From the NCBI GenBank assembly GCA_002633005.1, contig NMRA01000003.1, positions 1,335,543 to 1,399,542 on the forward strand: 64,000 nt of DNA. The letters are read 5' to 3'. The stretch comes from Phoronis australis (Eukaryota; Animalia; Phoronida). Made by a program: the position numbers and the translations under genes. The notes beneath the pieces are model-generated. The model saw nothing but the letters and a program-made list of their open reading frames with translations, was not told the origin of the DNA and ran no database searches. This document shows positions 13,678 through 27,500 of the stretch, piece by piece; positions within the stretch are counted from its first letter, which is position 1, and each line of letters starts with the position of its first letter.

Positions 13678-15067
13678 GCGGTAACATGTGGAAACATCTC
13701 TGGTGGCCTACCAAAAATGTGTGAAGGTTTTCAAAGTAATATTTCAAGTAAACAATATCAAATTGTCGGATTTAATAAAACAGTTTTTACTGCCTTACTG
13801 ACATCACCACGACTGAAAAATCAGTTAATCCAAACAGGTGTAAATGAGACCTGTATTATTACTACCACCTTCTGTTAAGTGTTTATTCCGTCTCCTCCAA
13901 GTGATGCACTATGGGAGATTAAGGCTTCTTTACACATCATTTGATGAAACATGCTTGTGTTTTTTAATCACATTTTCCGTGTTGTTAAACCATTGTAAGG
14001 ACTAATTTAAATCTGGAAAGCTCAATATTCTAAAATTATGGACATCTGTGGAAAAGGGTTTAAAATGGACAGTGTCAGATTATATAAAAACTGGGCTCAG
14101 TGTTGGATATATGTAACATAAGATGGCAATTTTCTAGTCTATGAGCTATATTCAGTAAAAAATAATCAGAATTTTTCCAAAAAACAGTTGAACCAGTTCA
14201 TGTCCTATTCACAGACAGGAGATGTTGCGTTTTGCTTTTTGAAGTGTTTTCCTAAACATTGATTTATAATTGTCTTGCATCAGGTACCTGGTTTACCTGG
14301 ATGATTTGTAATGTACATCTGATTCACAATGTACATCTGATTCACCTTGTGTAGCAGCACAGTAAGACTGGATTTTGAATATGTGGCAACACCCAACCAC
14401 CAATGAGTAGAAGAAAACACACACAGGGGCTTAATACAAAACAAAACGGGGATCATCTAACACCACTAGGACACAACTGAAAGTATCAACAGGATATAGA
14501 AAGAATTATTTAACAAAATAATGCTGACATAAATCTGACGTCATACAAAGCCAGACGATTTATGTTCTTTTATTGCTTCCTATATGAAGTGCCAAAGGGT
14601 TCTTAAGCACCGTTCTGCTAGTTAAAATGTACTTATTCAACATGCACAACTGCTTTTTCAATGCATATGTATAAACAGTAATCATACTTTAATTTAGTAC
14701 GCATAATGAATTTGAATTATGTCCAATCAAAAACTACAGGCGTATAGGATCAGAAAGACTCTCCCAGTTCCCAGAGTCTTGGGATTAGTACAAAGTCCGC
14801 TAAATCAGAGCTTGTCAATTCAACAGGCGACCAGACTTATGAATTATGTTAGTGTCAGTGCTCAGACACCAAAGTTCTTGAATGAATGCATTTATTCAGC
14901 AACAGCAAAACTTAATTGAATTTTCATGTACAGATACGTATTTTGAAACTTAGTTGTTCCGCACTAAGTCAACAGTACCTGCACTAACATGTTCGCTTTA
15001 TGGAAATCGGCAACAATCATCCAAATTCAGTATTTTGCACACTAAAATATTAAGTAGCTGTACTGAT

Positions 15068-15318
15068 TATAGGTACGTGTACCGTAACATTATAGGTACG
15101 TGGCATAACATTATAGGTACGTGTACCGTAACATTATAGGTACGTGTACCATAACATTATAGGTACGTGTATCATAACATTATAGGTGCGTGTATCGTAA
15201 CATTATAGGTACGTGTATTGTAACATTATAGGTACGTGTACCGTAACATTATAGGTACATGTACCATAACATTATTGGTATGTGTACCGTAACATTATAG
15301 GTACGTGTACTTTAACAT
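15068..15318. repeat. Minisatellite, 23-bp unit x~11
   Basis: 'ttataggtacgtgtaccgtaaca' in tandem. Confidence 0.95.
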
Positions 15319-17528
15319 TCTTATTCTTCATTGAAGGACCATTTCTGCACGTTGATTTAAAGCAATTGTGCACATAGAATAAGTACATTTTAACACGTAG
15401 ATAGGTACTGGTTGAAGAATCCTTTAGCGCTTCAGAATTCTATTGTCTGTTTAAAATAGACAGCACACAACAAGACCACAACAAATATCTGCAAAGCATG
15501 CCTGTTCAATTAACACACTCAGTTAAAAACAATAAACACGGCTTATTACATTGCACGGCTGTTATTTCCCTAATCAAGAACACAAAAAGAATTTAGGGGA
15601 ATAGTTCCTCCAAGTCCAGCGAGGGGTCTAAATGCAAGAGCTAACTTTCGAGGACCTTTCTCTCACACTCTAAGAAGCTCAGAAACATAGACCGTTACAC
15701 CTTTCTTCTTAAGTCTGCAAGGAACTACTTTCTTTGTAGAATGGTCAAGTTTACCTGCGTTCAGTGGAGATCCTGACCTTTCACTGAACGCAAAGCCAAA
15801 GGGAAATTAAATGGTTTTAACTTTGAAAAGCTTTAAAGTTTAAATGAAATAGGCAATAAACAAACATTTTTCCATCAAAATCGAGATATATCACATTCTC
15901 GTGCGAGGTTCCAGAGGTAAAGTTATCGACTGATAGCACAATGACCATTTCTATGATGCAGTTTGCACACAAATTATTACCCATATTGCTTGAAATACAA
16001 TATTTTTGTTGTTACTGACAAGGAAATAGCTGTCGTCAAAGCAATTGGTGAGAGGCTGATGGTTCAAATCTCATTGTAGGGTTTATTTCTTATTTCTGCC
16101 AAATCGTTATTTCCCACAAGAAATAACTGATTCCGCGGTACTTATCTTTGGTTGTTCTCATGAGGATAGTAGTTTGAACACTAACTACCTGGTAGTATTT
16201 CACACAAATATTTTCCACGGACAATGCTTTGGCATGAAAACGTGTCGGATAATTGATGCATTAGTCAATAGAAAAGGCTTGTATGCCCGGGAGAGAATTT
16301 TACACATATTACACAATCATTCAAAGCGTGTTAAAACTATGTAATTAAGAAGCGTATAATCCATGTAGGAAAACTGCCAGGCTAGTGTGTAAAAGGTGTA
16401 AACGAGTGGTTTTATCCACGGTAATGCATACAGGAATGTCCAGCGTCAAGGACAGACAAATATTTAAATTTTTGTTTCACGAGTTTTGAGTTTACGGTAT
16501 GCTCAAAACCGGATTAATAGATTATTCATATCCTCAGCAGTCATTTCCCACATCAAAGTTTGTTGCAGAATTCATAGGAATTATCTCCCTCAGGGCTATC
16601 TCGCATCCCGTGATAAGTCCAGACCTGTAAATCCCACTCAGGGTCCAGGGATAAGGGCATCACTACGTAGTGATCTAAATTTATCCCACAGAATAAGCTT
16701 GAAACCTCTGATACACACCCTGTGATAACCCAGTCATCTTAGGATAACTTTTTGGCGGAAAAATGTGATGGGCTTGCTGTGATGACGTATTGCAGACGCT
16801 CGCATTGTCCGATCCATTGCACAGCATAGAGATAAGGTCAATTAAGTTATATGCTTTTATTTTATTTGTTCTGTGTGACTTGTAGAGTGCACTCTTCAAT
16901 ACGTAGGAAAAAGAGATGTGTATTCTTTTTTATCAGCGTTTCCCTTATCTAGACATCTCGTGACTTATCACCTGTACAGTACTTAGCCCCTCCGATCAGC
17001 AGATAACTCCTCCACTCCCACCAGAGGTCTACAGTAAACATTCCACTTTGGACAGGGACTAGGGAAATTCAATATTCCACAATAACTAATAAAATAAAAA
17101 GAAATTTCAGGAAGTTATACTTTTGCTTTAGCATAATTTCTATGGAATAGCTGTCACAGAACAACACTTTGGACAAGACATTATAGCCATGTAGTAAGCA
17201 CAGGGCATAGAATGACAAAAAAGAGGAAAATTATCAAGGTGATGTTAATTGCTCTACAAATAAATAGGGTTATGTGATAAAAATATTTTGTGTGGTGTTT
17301 AAATTTTAACTGCAATAAACGTATTTTGCACTAATCAAGTCAAAATGACTAAAAAAGAGATGTCTGATAAGAGAACTGGAAATCAAATGATAGGAAATTG
17401 AAACCAAAAAAGAGGAAATCCTCTTAAAAGAAGAAAATTCCAAGCCCATAAGCCTCCGGAAAGTAACAAAATGGCTATTTTAACAATTATTTTGTCCTAA
17501 ATTAAAAAAAGTATGTCATAGGTACAGG

Positions 17529-18164
17529 CAACAACAACATAGCCATTTAATAATTTATTTTTATGCTCGGAATATGTCCCGAAAATAATAGGTGCGTCAC
17601 AAGCTCCGTTTCCAGAGATACAAAGGAGACCGTGTATAGGCGATATAAGGTCATTTATTATGACTGATAAGGTACAGAAATATGAGTGTACAAATAACAT
17701 AAAGATAAAATAATAATCTCTGAAAAGATGGGCAATAAAAAGCGCCAGAACTCAGGTAAGAGGAACTACCCAAAGGAGAGGGTGGTAGAGGGTGGGAAAA
17801 AATGAAGAGAGATTAGCTCGAACCTAAGTGCTGCTAAAGCGAAGTACTGATGGCAGGAAATATAACTTTCTTGAGAACAAGGGAGCCCTATGACACGTGA
17901 CAATTATCAGCCTATGGGAGCCAGGAGCTGACCAAACTTGTGGCAGTAATACAAACGAACCAATAGTGAGGCTGGAAATGGAATGTCCTAGTGCCTCGAG
18001 TGCAGGAGGACTGCATGCGAATCTACACAAGGGGTTATTGGACCAGTCCGAAAGATGGGGGTATAAGAGGGTCGAGTCCATATTCTCACATAAATATATT
18101 TAACGAGTGAAATATCATTTATGCTCGGAATATGTCCCGAAAATAATAGGTGCGTCGCAAGCTC
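17529..18164 (-). mobile_element. Probable retroposon remnant bounded by 47-bp direct repeats
   Basis: 17560-17606 equals 18118-18164 with one mismatch. On the minus strand the distal copy is followed by AATAAA and a short (GTT)n tail. Confidence 0.45.
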
Positions 18165-18248
18165 ATATAAGGGCACAAAAAATAGTTTTAATTAATAGTT
18201 TAAAACATGAAATAGAATGTAGATCCTAAACTTCCCATTCACTGTCTT

Positions 18249-18415
18249 CAGTGGCGGATTTAGGAGGCGGGGGGGAGGGGGGCAAGGGGGCCATGGCCCC
18301 CTAAAATTCTCCCAGATTCCATTTGGCAGTTCGGTGGTGCGAATGTCTGACAGGCAAAATCCTGGCTAATACTCTGCCCTGCCCCCCGCAACTCAAAATC
18401 CTGGATCCGCCCCTG
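18249..18415. mobile_element. MITE family A (CAGTGGCGGAT...ATCCGCCCCTG), 5-bp TSD GTCTT
   Basis: Terminal inverted repeats with gtctt on both flanks. The same internal sequence recurs at ~57971-58106, 59238-59388 and 62545-62698. Confidence 0.9.
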
Positions 18416-19021
18416 GTCTTGGTGCATGCAGTCAAAGGAGAAGATATTTCAGTGACACCATTGAGGTAAGTCATGCACTTCTCCCAGTCAGGCATACACT
18501 TTCTGCTATATTCTATTTCTAGTCAAGTAATTGAGCTGTCTCTCAACGTGTGTTTGTGTGTTTGGAAAAAAAACTTCTTCGCGCAGACAAGTTCAAAGCA
18601 AAAAATTGACAAAGCTATTAAAATGCCCGTCAATTCTAAACATTTATGAAGTTATAAAGTAGGAAGTGACACAGCATCTGGTATTGCTTTCACAAAACCT
18701 GTTTTAAGTCTTAAGTTTTAGCTTTGATTGATGACATGTTTTTTTCAGTTTCAGTGTTTTTCTTCTCTGTATGAATATTAAATTTACAAGTCACATGTGA
18801 TAAATTATACATAATTTATAAATGACTATTCCAAAGTACCACAAAAAGTACATGAACTTTTGGTAATTTATAATTTTTAGCAAACTTTTTTTGCAAATAT
18901 AATTTACGTATTTTTTACTCACATGATCAACAAATTTATGTTGCAATTTTTCGACTACAAATAGGCCAAAAAAACGCTAGTATTTAGTCTACGTGAAAAT
19001 TTGCACGATACTTTTGTTTTA

Positions 19022-19347
19022 AACATTCAGCACCTAGTGATCTGAGATTAACGGGGTCAAGATGACATTCAGCAAATAGTGGTCTGAGATTAACGGGGGA
19101 CAAGACGACATTCAGCAAATAGTGGTCCGAGATTGGAGGGGACAAGATGACATTCAGCAAATAGTGGTCCGAGATTGGGGGGGACAANGTCTGAGATTAA
19201 CGGGGGGACAAGATGACATTCAGCAAATAGTGGTCTGAGATGAATTGGGTCAAGATGACATTCAGCCAATAGTGGTCTGAGATTAACTGGGTCAAGATGA
19301 CATTCAGCCAATAGTGGTCTGAGATTAACGGGGTCAAGATGACATTC
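19022..19347. repeat. Minisatellite, ~42-bp unit x~8 (contains a single N)
   Basis: 'gacattcagcaaatagtggtctgagattaacggggtcaagat' in tandem; accounts for the repetitive ORFs at 18984-19409. Confidence 0.95.
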
Positions 19348-20261
19348 CCACGCAGACTGAGAACGGCTTCACTAAAACTGACATTATTCACAAGATTTTC
19401 AACCGACATTGATCTTCGAATTATACCACATTTTCATTTTTGTCACACATTTAAAACAGAAGTATAACACAGCCTAAAACCTTCCAGAACAGATTGTTGG
19501 CTCCAAAAACATCCCCCATTTTAAAGGATTTATCAACTTTATAACTCAAAAGCTGATTCAGCAATCCAAAATTGTTCTACCACAGCTTTCAACAGGTCAC
19601 TTGGCATTCTTAAAATTCTCAAAGTTCCATCATGTGTTTGTTGATGGCATCTATGCCACATAAACTCTGTAAAACAAAGAAGTAAACTTCTCGTTCTGTT
19701 TACTTTTAATGGAAATTTTGATAAAACAATTTTACTGTTTAGCCATATTGTGTTATAAATTGATGATCCGGAGTGCTACAATGGTACATGTAAAACTATG
19801 AGCCAGCAGCCAGATGCTGAGAGTGAAGCATAACCAATGCAAAGAACCCGCAACAGAGAATGTTACTTATCACAGGATGACTTGCGCTTGTTTCCTTTTG
19901 AAAGAGAATTCACAGAACAAATTCAATTTCTTTCACGTAATTTTCTGAACTATGAAATTTGAAGAAAACTTGTTTTGACCACAGTTATGGGCAATAAGCT
20001 CAACTTTACAATAAGTTGTACAATCATGTACTGAAATTCAACATGAAATTTAAAAGCAGAACATCATTTAAAAAATTTCTGTCCGTAAACACAAGATAAA
20101 ACAAATAAAACTAAAATGTCTTAAAAGGTCACTTGATTCCTTTAGCGTATTTTTACTGTTCAACCAGCCAACTTTTCAAACAATTTTGTAAACTTACAAA
20201 AGGAGTCAAATTTAAATACGTCTAAATTGAACAACTGATTTCAGTTTTCTTCCTCCTTCCT

Positions 20262-20453
20262 AGTCAGAAAACAATGTCTGCTTAGGGTTACAATGTTCAA
20301 CCATCCTGAGTTACAAAACAATATCTACTCAGGGTTATTACAATATAAAACTGTCTCGAGTCAGAAAAACTATATCTGCTTAGGGCCTATAAAATATACA
20401 ACTATCCAGAGTCACAAAAAAATCTATGCTTAGGGCTATTAAAATATACAACT
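20262..20453. repeat. Degenerate ~48-bp tandem repeat x4
   Basis: Recurrent 'agtcagaaaa...tctgcttagggtta...caa...a...aac' units. Confidence 0.75.
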
Positions 20454-21534
20454 GCCCCTTCCAAGTCAGATAAAGGAGACGTAAGAGATAAGTAGCATTG
20501 AATGAAGGTGTTATAGTTTTTAAGTTCCATACAACAGGTACCATCGGACATTGCTAAGAGAAAGGGTGGGCATTCGTGATAATTTCTTAGTCCTTGAAAA
20601 ATGAAAAAATCATTTTTTGAAATTGTTGAGATTTAACTGCTTTTACATCCGGTTTCCCTTGAATATTAACAACATGTGGTTATTTTACGAAATCTTAAAT
20701 CAAAGTGAAATTCTTCAATCCAGTAGAGTGTGAAATTTTACAAATGTTTCTTCCTTGTTTAAGGACGTCATATCTATTCAATAGCAGTCGCGCAAAACTG
20801 AACTAATAGCCCAACGCACAGGACAACTTGTAAACAATCTTCACAAAAACCACCGAGCACAATGGCTACAAGACACAAGCTATCACTTGAGGGTCAGTTT
20901 ACTGAACTTGGCATTTGTTAGCATTTTGAAAAGCAAACGTTTATATGAAGTGCACCCTTGATGTGCTTAATTCAGTGAAATTCACTATTGCGCCAGATGG
21001 CAATCAGATCTTAGGTGGACTGGCGTTCAGCGCCATCTACAAATCCCATGTAATGCAGACAAGAGGTTTCAACACAAGTTTACTTTCACGAAATCACTAT
21101 TTTCTAATCTAAGAAAATTATTCTAACCTCTCCATGGTACTTAATTTTTTGCAAGGAGTTTCGTATCATAAATCACAGAGGTCCTTACAGGTTGGTGTTT
21201 TTACAAGCAACCAAAAGACGCATAGTTTAAGACAAAATTGAGGAATCAGGTTTTCTACCTTGCCTAGGTTCATTATGACATTTGGTAGCTAAAATATTTA
21301 TGTTCACTAATATAGAAAATAACTGTATGTTCGATAAATCACCTCAAGCACTTAATATCTGTAGGCAATAAAATGCTCCACGATTTTGAAAAGAACAACT
21401 TATCAACTTCCAACAAAAATGACTGATCACTTTTTGACCAAAAGCTTCTTGAATATAATACATATTAAACAAATAAGTAATGACTATCTTCGTAATCTCC
21501 ATTAAAAACACTTCAATATTAATTTTGTACTTAC

Positions 21535-24500
21535 CAAATTAACAGATGGGTTGTTATGATCAAGTAGCCGGTCTCTTAGAAACTCCACAGCTTTTTCACA
21601 GTTGTGGGTGCAACTGAAAACAATAATGTTAACAAAACTTGAAAGACGTGTGCATACAAACAGGATATTTAACCTAACAATTATTTTCTTGGACTAACAA
21701 TGTGTTAGTAAACTGACACACACTGAGTTCACTTGATAGAACCGTGTACATTCACAAAATTCGGGTGTGTTTGGTGTAATGGGAGGAAGGTGACGGACAC
21801 ACACATGGTCAGAAAGCGGCAATAGTCGGATATAACATGCCCAATACTTTGAGAACCAGTTTGATGCCCGTTATTCAGATGAGAAAACTGGTTCTCAAAA
21901 TTTGGGCACGTTATATCCGACCATTACCCAGAAAGCTGACGTGACCAAGGTGATGGTAACAGGTATGTAGTCATATATTCCACTGTTTAGCAAGATGTTA
22001 CCCACCTGGTGAAACCAAAAAAGCCAGAATCAATGACCAGGCACTGGCTGAATGCCTGAACGCCAGTTGCATTTCGATACATAGTTTAATGTAACATTCA
22101 TTGCATCATGTGACAGAATTACAAAGTAACACAAAAATACCATCATGTGTATACTTCAAGATGCTCTATAACTTTTATAAAAATGTAAAATAAAGAACGC
22201 TCTGCGCTATTAATGAGAGTAGACTACTTTTTGTATAACTGTTCATTAATCTGAATAAGGTACTCCATGATCACCACTTAGCTGGTAATGATGTGAGAAT
22301 AAGTTTAAATAACATTATATAACACTCCTTGCCATGTAATGTGATATGCAGGATCTATGATAATGAAAATATAGCACTGTGATTGGGCAGACAATGACAA
22401 GCTCAATAGTTTTAATTTCACAACGTGCAAAATTATTTATACATTCAAATCAGGAAAAGAAATCAATATTTTACCAAGTCACAGCTGCCTAAGTTTGACT
22501 GTGAAGATTGGTTTAAGGTCATATTACTTTCCCTTTCATTTCCTGCTGCACCATACTGCAACCTAGGATACCTCGCATTGAAATGCATACCGCCAGTACC
22601 CACTGTCGGTGACTCAGCAGTCAAGCAGTAGCAATGTCACCTGCTCCAGTGTTGTTGTATGCAGTGCCTATTTAGGTCATGCCCAGTGAAGCTGCACTTT
22701 CATCCACAGTTAGGGGCAAGTGACTTATGCAAAACATTTGAATAAAACCAAGCACCAAGATTCTAAGGTATACATTAAAGTGAAACTTTTTACTCATCCA
22801 TTTGAAATGATATTTGTTGATAATGTTTTCTATTTACAAATAATTATTTACAGAATGAAAAGTTCAAGTAATGTAAAAAGAAATGCTGTCAGAAAATACC
22901 CAACTTCCATGTCAGACATGTTCATACAGTCGTGACAGCCACCTGCACCTCTATACAAAACAGTAATTCCCAAAATTCTTTTAAAAATAAGGCATTATTT
23001 GAGATACAGATGCACAGACCTAAACATACACAAACACCGACTGTAAGAGAACAAAATACAATAAATTATGCAAAATTTCTTGTTATTGACAACAAATATG
23101 AACCATCTCCCAAAGTACCTTGTTAAAGTGTTGATAAATGAATTGATCTCTTCTCTTGCTGGTAGTGACATGGTACCGGCCAAGTAAGACTCCACCAGGT
23201 GGCACTCACTGCTCCAGTCAGATGACTCTGCCTCTAGTCTAAATGGACAATTATCTTGATTGGACACTTGCCAAACAACACAGTCATGCTCTTAACATCC
23301 CAAGCTGACTGGAAAATGAGGTTGATCATGATCCACAAGGCACGGCTTTGTGATAAAAATAATAATTTGTCTAAAGATTATTTTTGTTTGATTAGAATTC
23401 CCATGAAAAGTAATGGGATTGAATGTAATAGCACTGGATTGTTAATACATTTTACAAGTTAAGGCAATGAAAACACATTACACATAAGATTATGAAATAT
23501 TTTAACATTCATTGCTTAATAAACTCTTTTCAGGGCACCTTGTACTCCATCAATAGATTATATTTTCCACATTCTAGAACCCCTGACATCCTCAATTCTC
23601 TGTATCAGGGGCACTGATCTAAGTTCCCTTTTTAGTGGAGGGCAGGGCAATTTCTACATTAGTGATGGTTTTACATAAGGTCTACAGGTATGGCTTTGAT
23701 TCCTTACAGCATGACTAAAGCATGAAATCACAAGTCAATGTGCCTGTTATTGTTTCAATTTAGTAAACCATTTGTCAAATATTCGCCAACATTTCTTACA
23801 TCTACTTTTCAACTCCTGCCATTGTTACCCTGTTTCAAAACAATGCGACAAATTCCCTACACAAATTCCTAAATCAACATATCTCGTGTTCTATTCCCTT
23901 AACTCTCGCGAACGTAACCTTTCATTGAATTTCATAGTTCTATTACACAAGTGACAGAAAATACCAACACCTGAATCATCTGCTCTCATTGGCTAAATAA
24001 TGACCCATATTTACTGCCGCAAAATTTTGCCTTGCCCGAGTACCCAGTCGCTGTCATGGTAAGAAGCTTACATGTCGTACGACTATGGATGATAAATGAA
24101 ATAAAAACGTTCACCAGGTAACCAGCTAGCAGTGAACTCGTCTGCCAACTAAGATTCACACTAAAGTTTCCTGGCTGTCAGACTACAGTATTAAACAGGA
24201 GAGTCAGGTCATGTTTATGTCTCAGTGCTATGCGGGAGCGCGTTTTTTCCTTCTCAGTTCTTTCACATGTACCAGGCATTTTGAAATCTGTGACCGGGAT
24301 ATTGGTCTGAGCTGGGACGCATACGGTCGAAGGATATTTAGTTGTAAACCTAATACAGTAATCCTTCTATGAATGTCACAGCAAGTCTCTGTTAATTCTA
24401 ACAAGGAGCAGCTGATAAGCTCTGTCCAATGGTTAGCTATGTTAGAGGACCATAGCTCTTTTGACAAGAAAATGTCATTGATAGAAATACAAGAAATGAA

Positions 24501-27500
24501 AGACATGCTTTCTTCATTTACAGATCTTTTGATTTACTGTAGAAAAGTGATAAGTTTAATGAAAACAATTTGCATAACTTAGACAACCAAAGCTGCCAGC
24601 TGATCATTTGATTTCAATCATGTTTATCAGCTGTTCAAGTTTTTGGCATACCTGTTGTGAGATTTTCCATTTCTTTGAAACTGGTCCGCTGACTTCCAAA
24701 ATTTTTGGGTCAATCAGTCATCAATGCTTCAAAGAACAATCACGTGCCGAATTTTTTCAATAATCATTATTAATAAATTCTTCAATTATTTATTGACCAC
24801 TTAAGTTAGGAGAATTGCCGCCACTTCTGGTTTTGAAAAGCTAGGAAGTACCCAAAAACAAAAACCATGCCTAAGTTTTTTTTATAAAACTTAGCTTGCA
24901 TAATATCTGTTTCAAATATATCTTGACAAATTCTACTCACAAAAAAGAAGAGATAGTTTCTACAGCACTTTTTCAACAAAACCCAAAGCCATTGTTTGAT
25001 GTTCCAAAGGTTGTGAAATTTTGACTATCAAATGTTTACAGATTACTGTAAGTGAAACTCTCCTTGGTTGTAAGTAGAGAAAACTATACAAAGCATAAAC
25101 CAATCTTTAGGCGTTAATGTATTCATTATATTAGAAAATTGGCATGCAAGTCGTGACGTGGAACAAAATTGCTTATGGCCAGGACTGGATTGATATTTGG
25201 ATTTGGAAACCACTGTCGACTGGAGGTTAAAATAAATGAGATATTTTTAATGATTCAAATACTAGGTACACTTGTTAGCAAGGATATCAAATGAATACAA
25301 AAATGATGAAAACAAGGATAGCATGACTTAAAAATGCACAGTCTCATTAAATTGTGAATATGCAAATGAAATTAAATTTACAAACAACCCCGGTCCTCCA
25401 GTGTGCTGCAAACCATCCAAGAACCAGTTACCATCAATCTCTTGAAAGTCTCGTTTTGCAAGACCATTTTTATGTAAATGAGTATGGTAATTTTCACTGT
25501 TACCCTAATAAAACAAGGCACAGTTTTTATTATTTGTTTATTTCACTATCAAATAACGACTACGTAATATTTAGAATTACTAGGTTTTTATATTCTCACT
25601 TTTGTCTTATTTTTAAGGGTAAGTTGTAGTGTTAATTCTTAAAAACCGCAATTTATTTACAAACTATTTCTTTTCCAGATTACAATTGCACAGCAACACT
25701 TCTCCAGAAAGTCACAAGGAGGCGCTTGCTAAAAATTTAAATATTCACGGTTTTAATAAGACATAGCATTTTGTAGGGGAAAGCAACCATTTTGACGTTA
25801 CCATTACTAACATTACAGAACTCTGCTTATCTTGAATATTTCCCTACATTAATAACTTACAGCTTCATCGACCTGTACTCACTCTCCATGCAACAACAGA
25901 CACAGAAGTCAATAAATCAGCAAAAGGCCTGCATTCACTTCCATTGAACAAACACAACTCACCGACACAAGTCATCTTCAACACTGAGCTGGACATAGTG
26001 TTTGCTCAATGGAAGTGAAGGCAGGACCAAGATACAGGTCTTTTGTTAGAACGTTTTCACTCTGTCTTTTGTTGCATGGATAGACTAGACATGTCAGAAG
26101 AACAGTAATTTATGCAGATTTTTTTCTCTCAAACAATTTGTTTTAACTTCATCACAGACTGTGACTTAAACACAGACAGAGACATCTGTGGACAACATCC
26201 TGTAAGTAACAATGGAACCCACTAAACAAGGCATATTAAACATTGAATAACTTGAACTAACAGCAATTACGTAGAAATGCAAATGCATAAGAGATCCACA
26301 GAAGCTTGTACTGTGTGGTGTATACCTTTCACAAGCAGCTGCCGGGTCACTACTGCCTGACGACACTGTGTCTGTTGGTTCCTGGTCCTCATCAGACTCC
26401 CAGCCACCCAAAGCTCGACCAACAACCCTCGCTGCAAATACAAGGGAGTTCCACATAATAAAAGCAGTATCAAGAATTTACTTGGTTAATGATACACTTT
26501 CAATGATAAACTTAGAAGCAGTCTGTCATCAGATTAGCAAGTTTGACCATAACAACAAGCCGATATAAACTCATGTTTCATCCAAGAAGCAATCTTTTGA
26601 GTTAGATCACTTAACAGGTCTCAACACCATCCTCACCCATATGAAAAGTGAATTCTCGGAATGCAAAGAACTAAGAATTTACTATGACACGCCCTGTCAA
26701 GCCAACTTGAAGAGCCTGATTTCAAGCAATAACGAAATATCAGTTCTTTCAAAGAATTAAAATCACCTTTAATTTGACTAAGGAACAACTTGAGACTAAT
26801 TCTATAACAGCAAGCCGTCTAATGTCCCATCCATACTGCTCTAGAACAATTTGCACTAGTGCCCCACTCTTAAGTGGAGCATCCACACACACATATCCAA
26901 TAACTAGGGTAAGGCGGAAGATGTCGTCCAGTACATGACAATAAACAACTAAATGCAAATAAGAGGCGCAAAACAAGATCAGTCAGTATGTAATCGCAGC
27001 TGATAATTACTTCCGCTTTACCCCACGTTTGCAACCACACAGCTATTGGAAGAGGCGTAAGTTACCCTAGAACAAGTTACCCCACCTCGATAATGTGGAG
27101 TAAGTTCTCACAAGTGGGGTAAGTTGCACTAGTTTAAATAGCGTCCATACAGCAGTCAAACCTATAGTGACAACTCGTTCCAGGACTAAATTTTTCTGTA
27201 ATTCTGTGTGTGGATGGAACTTAAATAAACTTTTGGAGGTTGGAAGGAAGGTTTATAGCTGCTTAAAGTAAAAAGACGACTACCTTTCTTACGCCTAGAT
27301 GTTCGTTGCTGTTGCTGCTGCTGCTCCTGCTGCTGCTGAAGTGGTTGACTTGACCCACTGTGTGCCATCAGTTGAGCAGGATTATACAGGCCAATGTTAG
27401 TCTGTGTCTTCTCAACATTAAATGTCCTGTTATCTCCCGAGTCAATAACCATATCAGCCAGGCTCTGAAGACCAGACACAATGCTACTACCTACTGTTTC

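Noticed and set aside
15756-15792. 11-bp-stem hairpin (tgcgttcagtg/cactgaacgca)
   Set aside because: Isolated, with no element boundaries; bacterial terminator logic does not apply in this eukaryotic context.
16040-16085. tRNA-like B-box (ggttcaaatctc)
   Set aside because: No cloverleaf or acceptor stem; at most a SINE fragment.
13533-19347. CRISPR-like arrays (23-, 36- and 42-bp repeats)
   Set aside because: The units are contiguous with no unique spacers, there are no cas genes and the context is eukaryotic; they are minisatellites.
19551-22618. Other ARE/MARE-like words (agctgattcagca at 19551, tgactcagca at ~22610)
   Set aside because: Isolated and not near an evident promoter, so they may be chance matches.
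24228-24582. 92-aa and 69-aa ORFs in tepsin intron 7
   Set aside because: No recognisable homology, and they are not needed for the tepsin reading frame.
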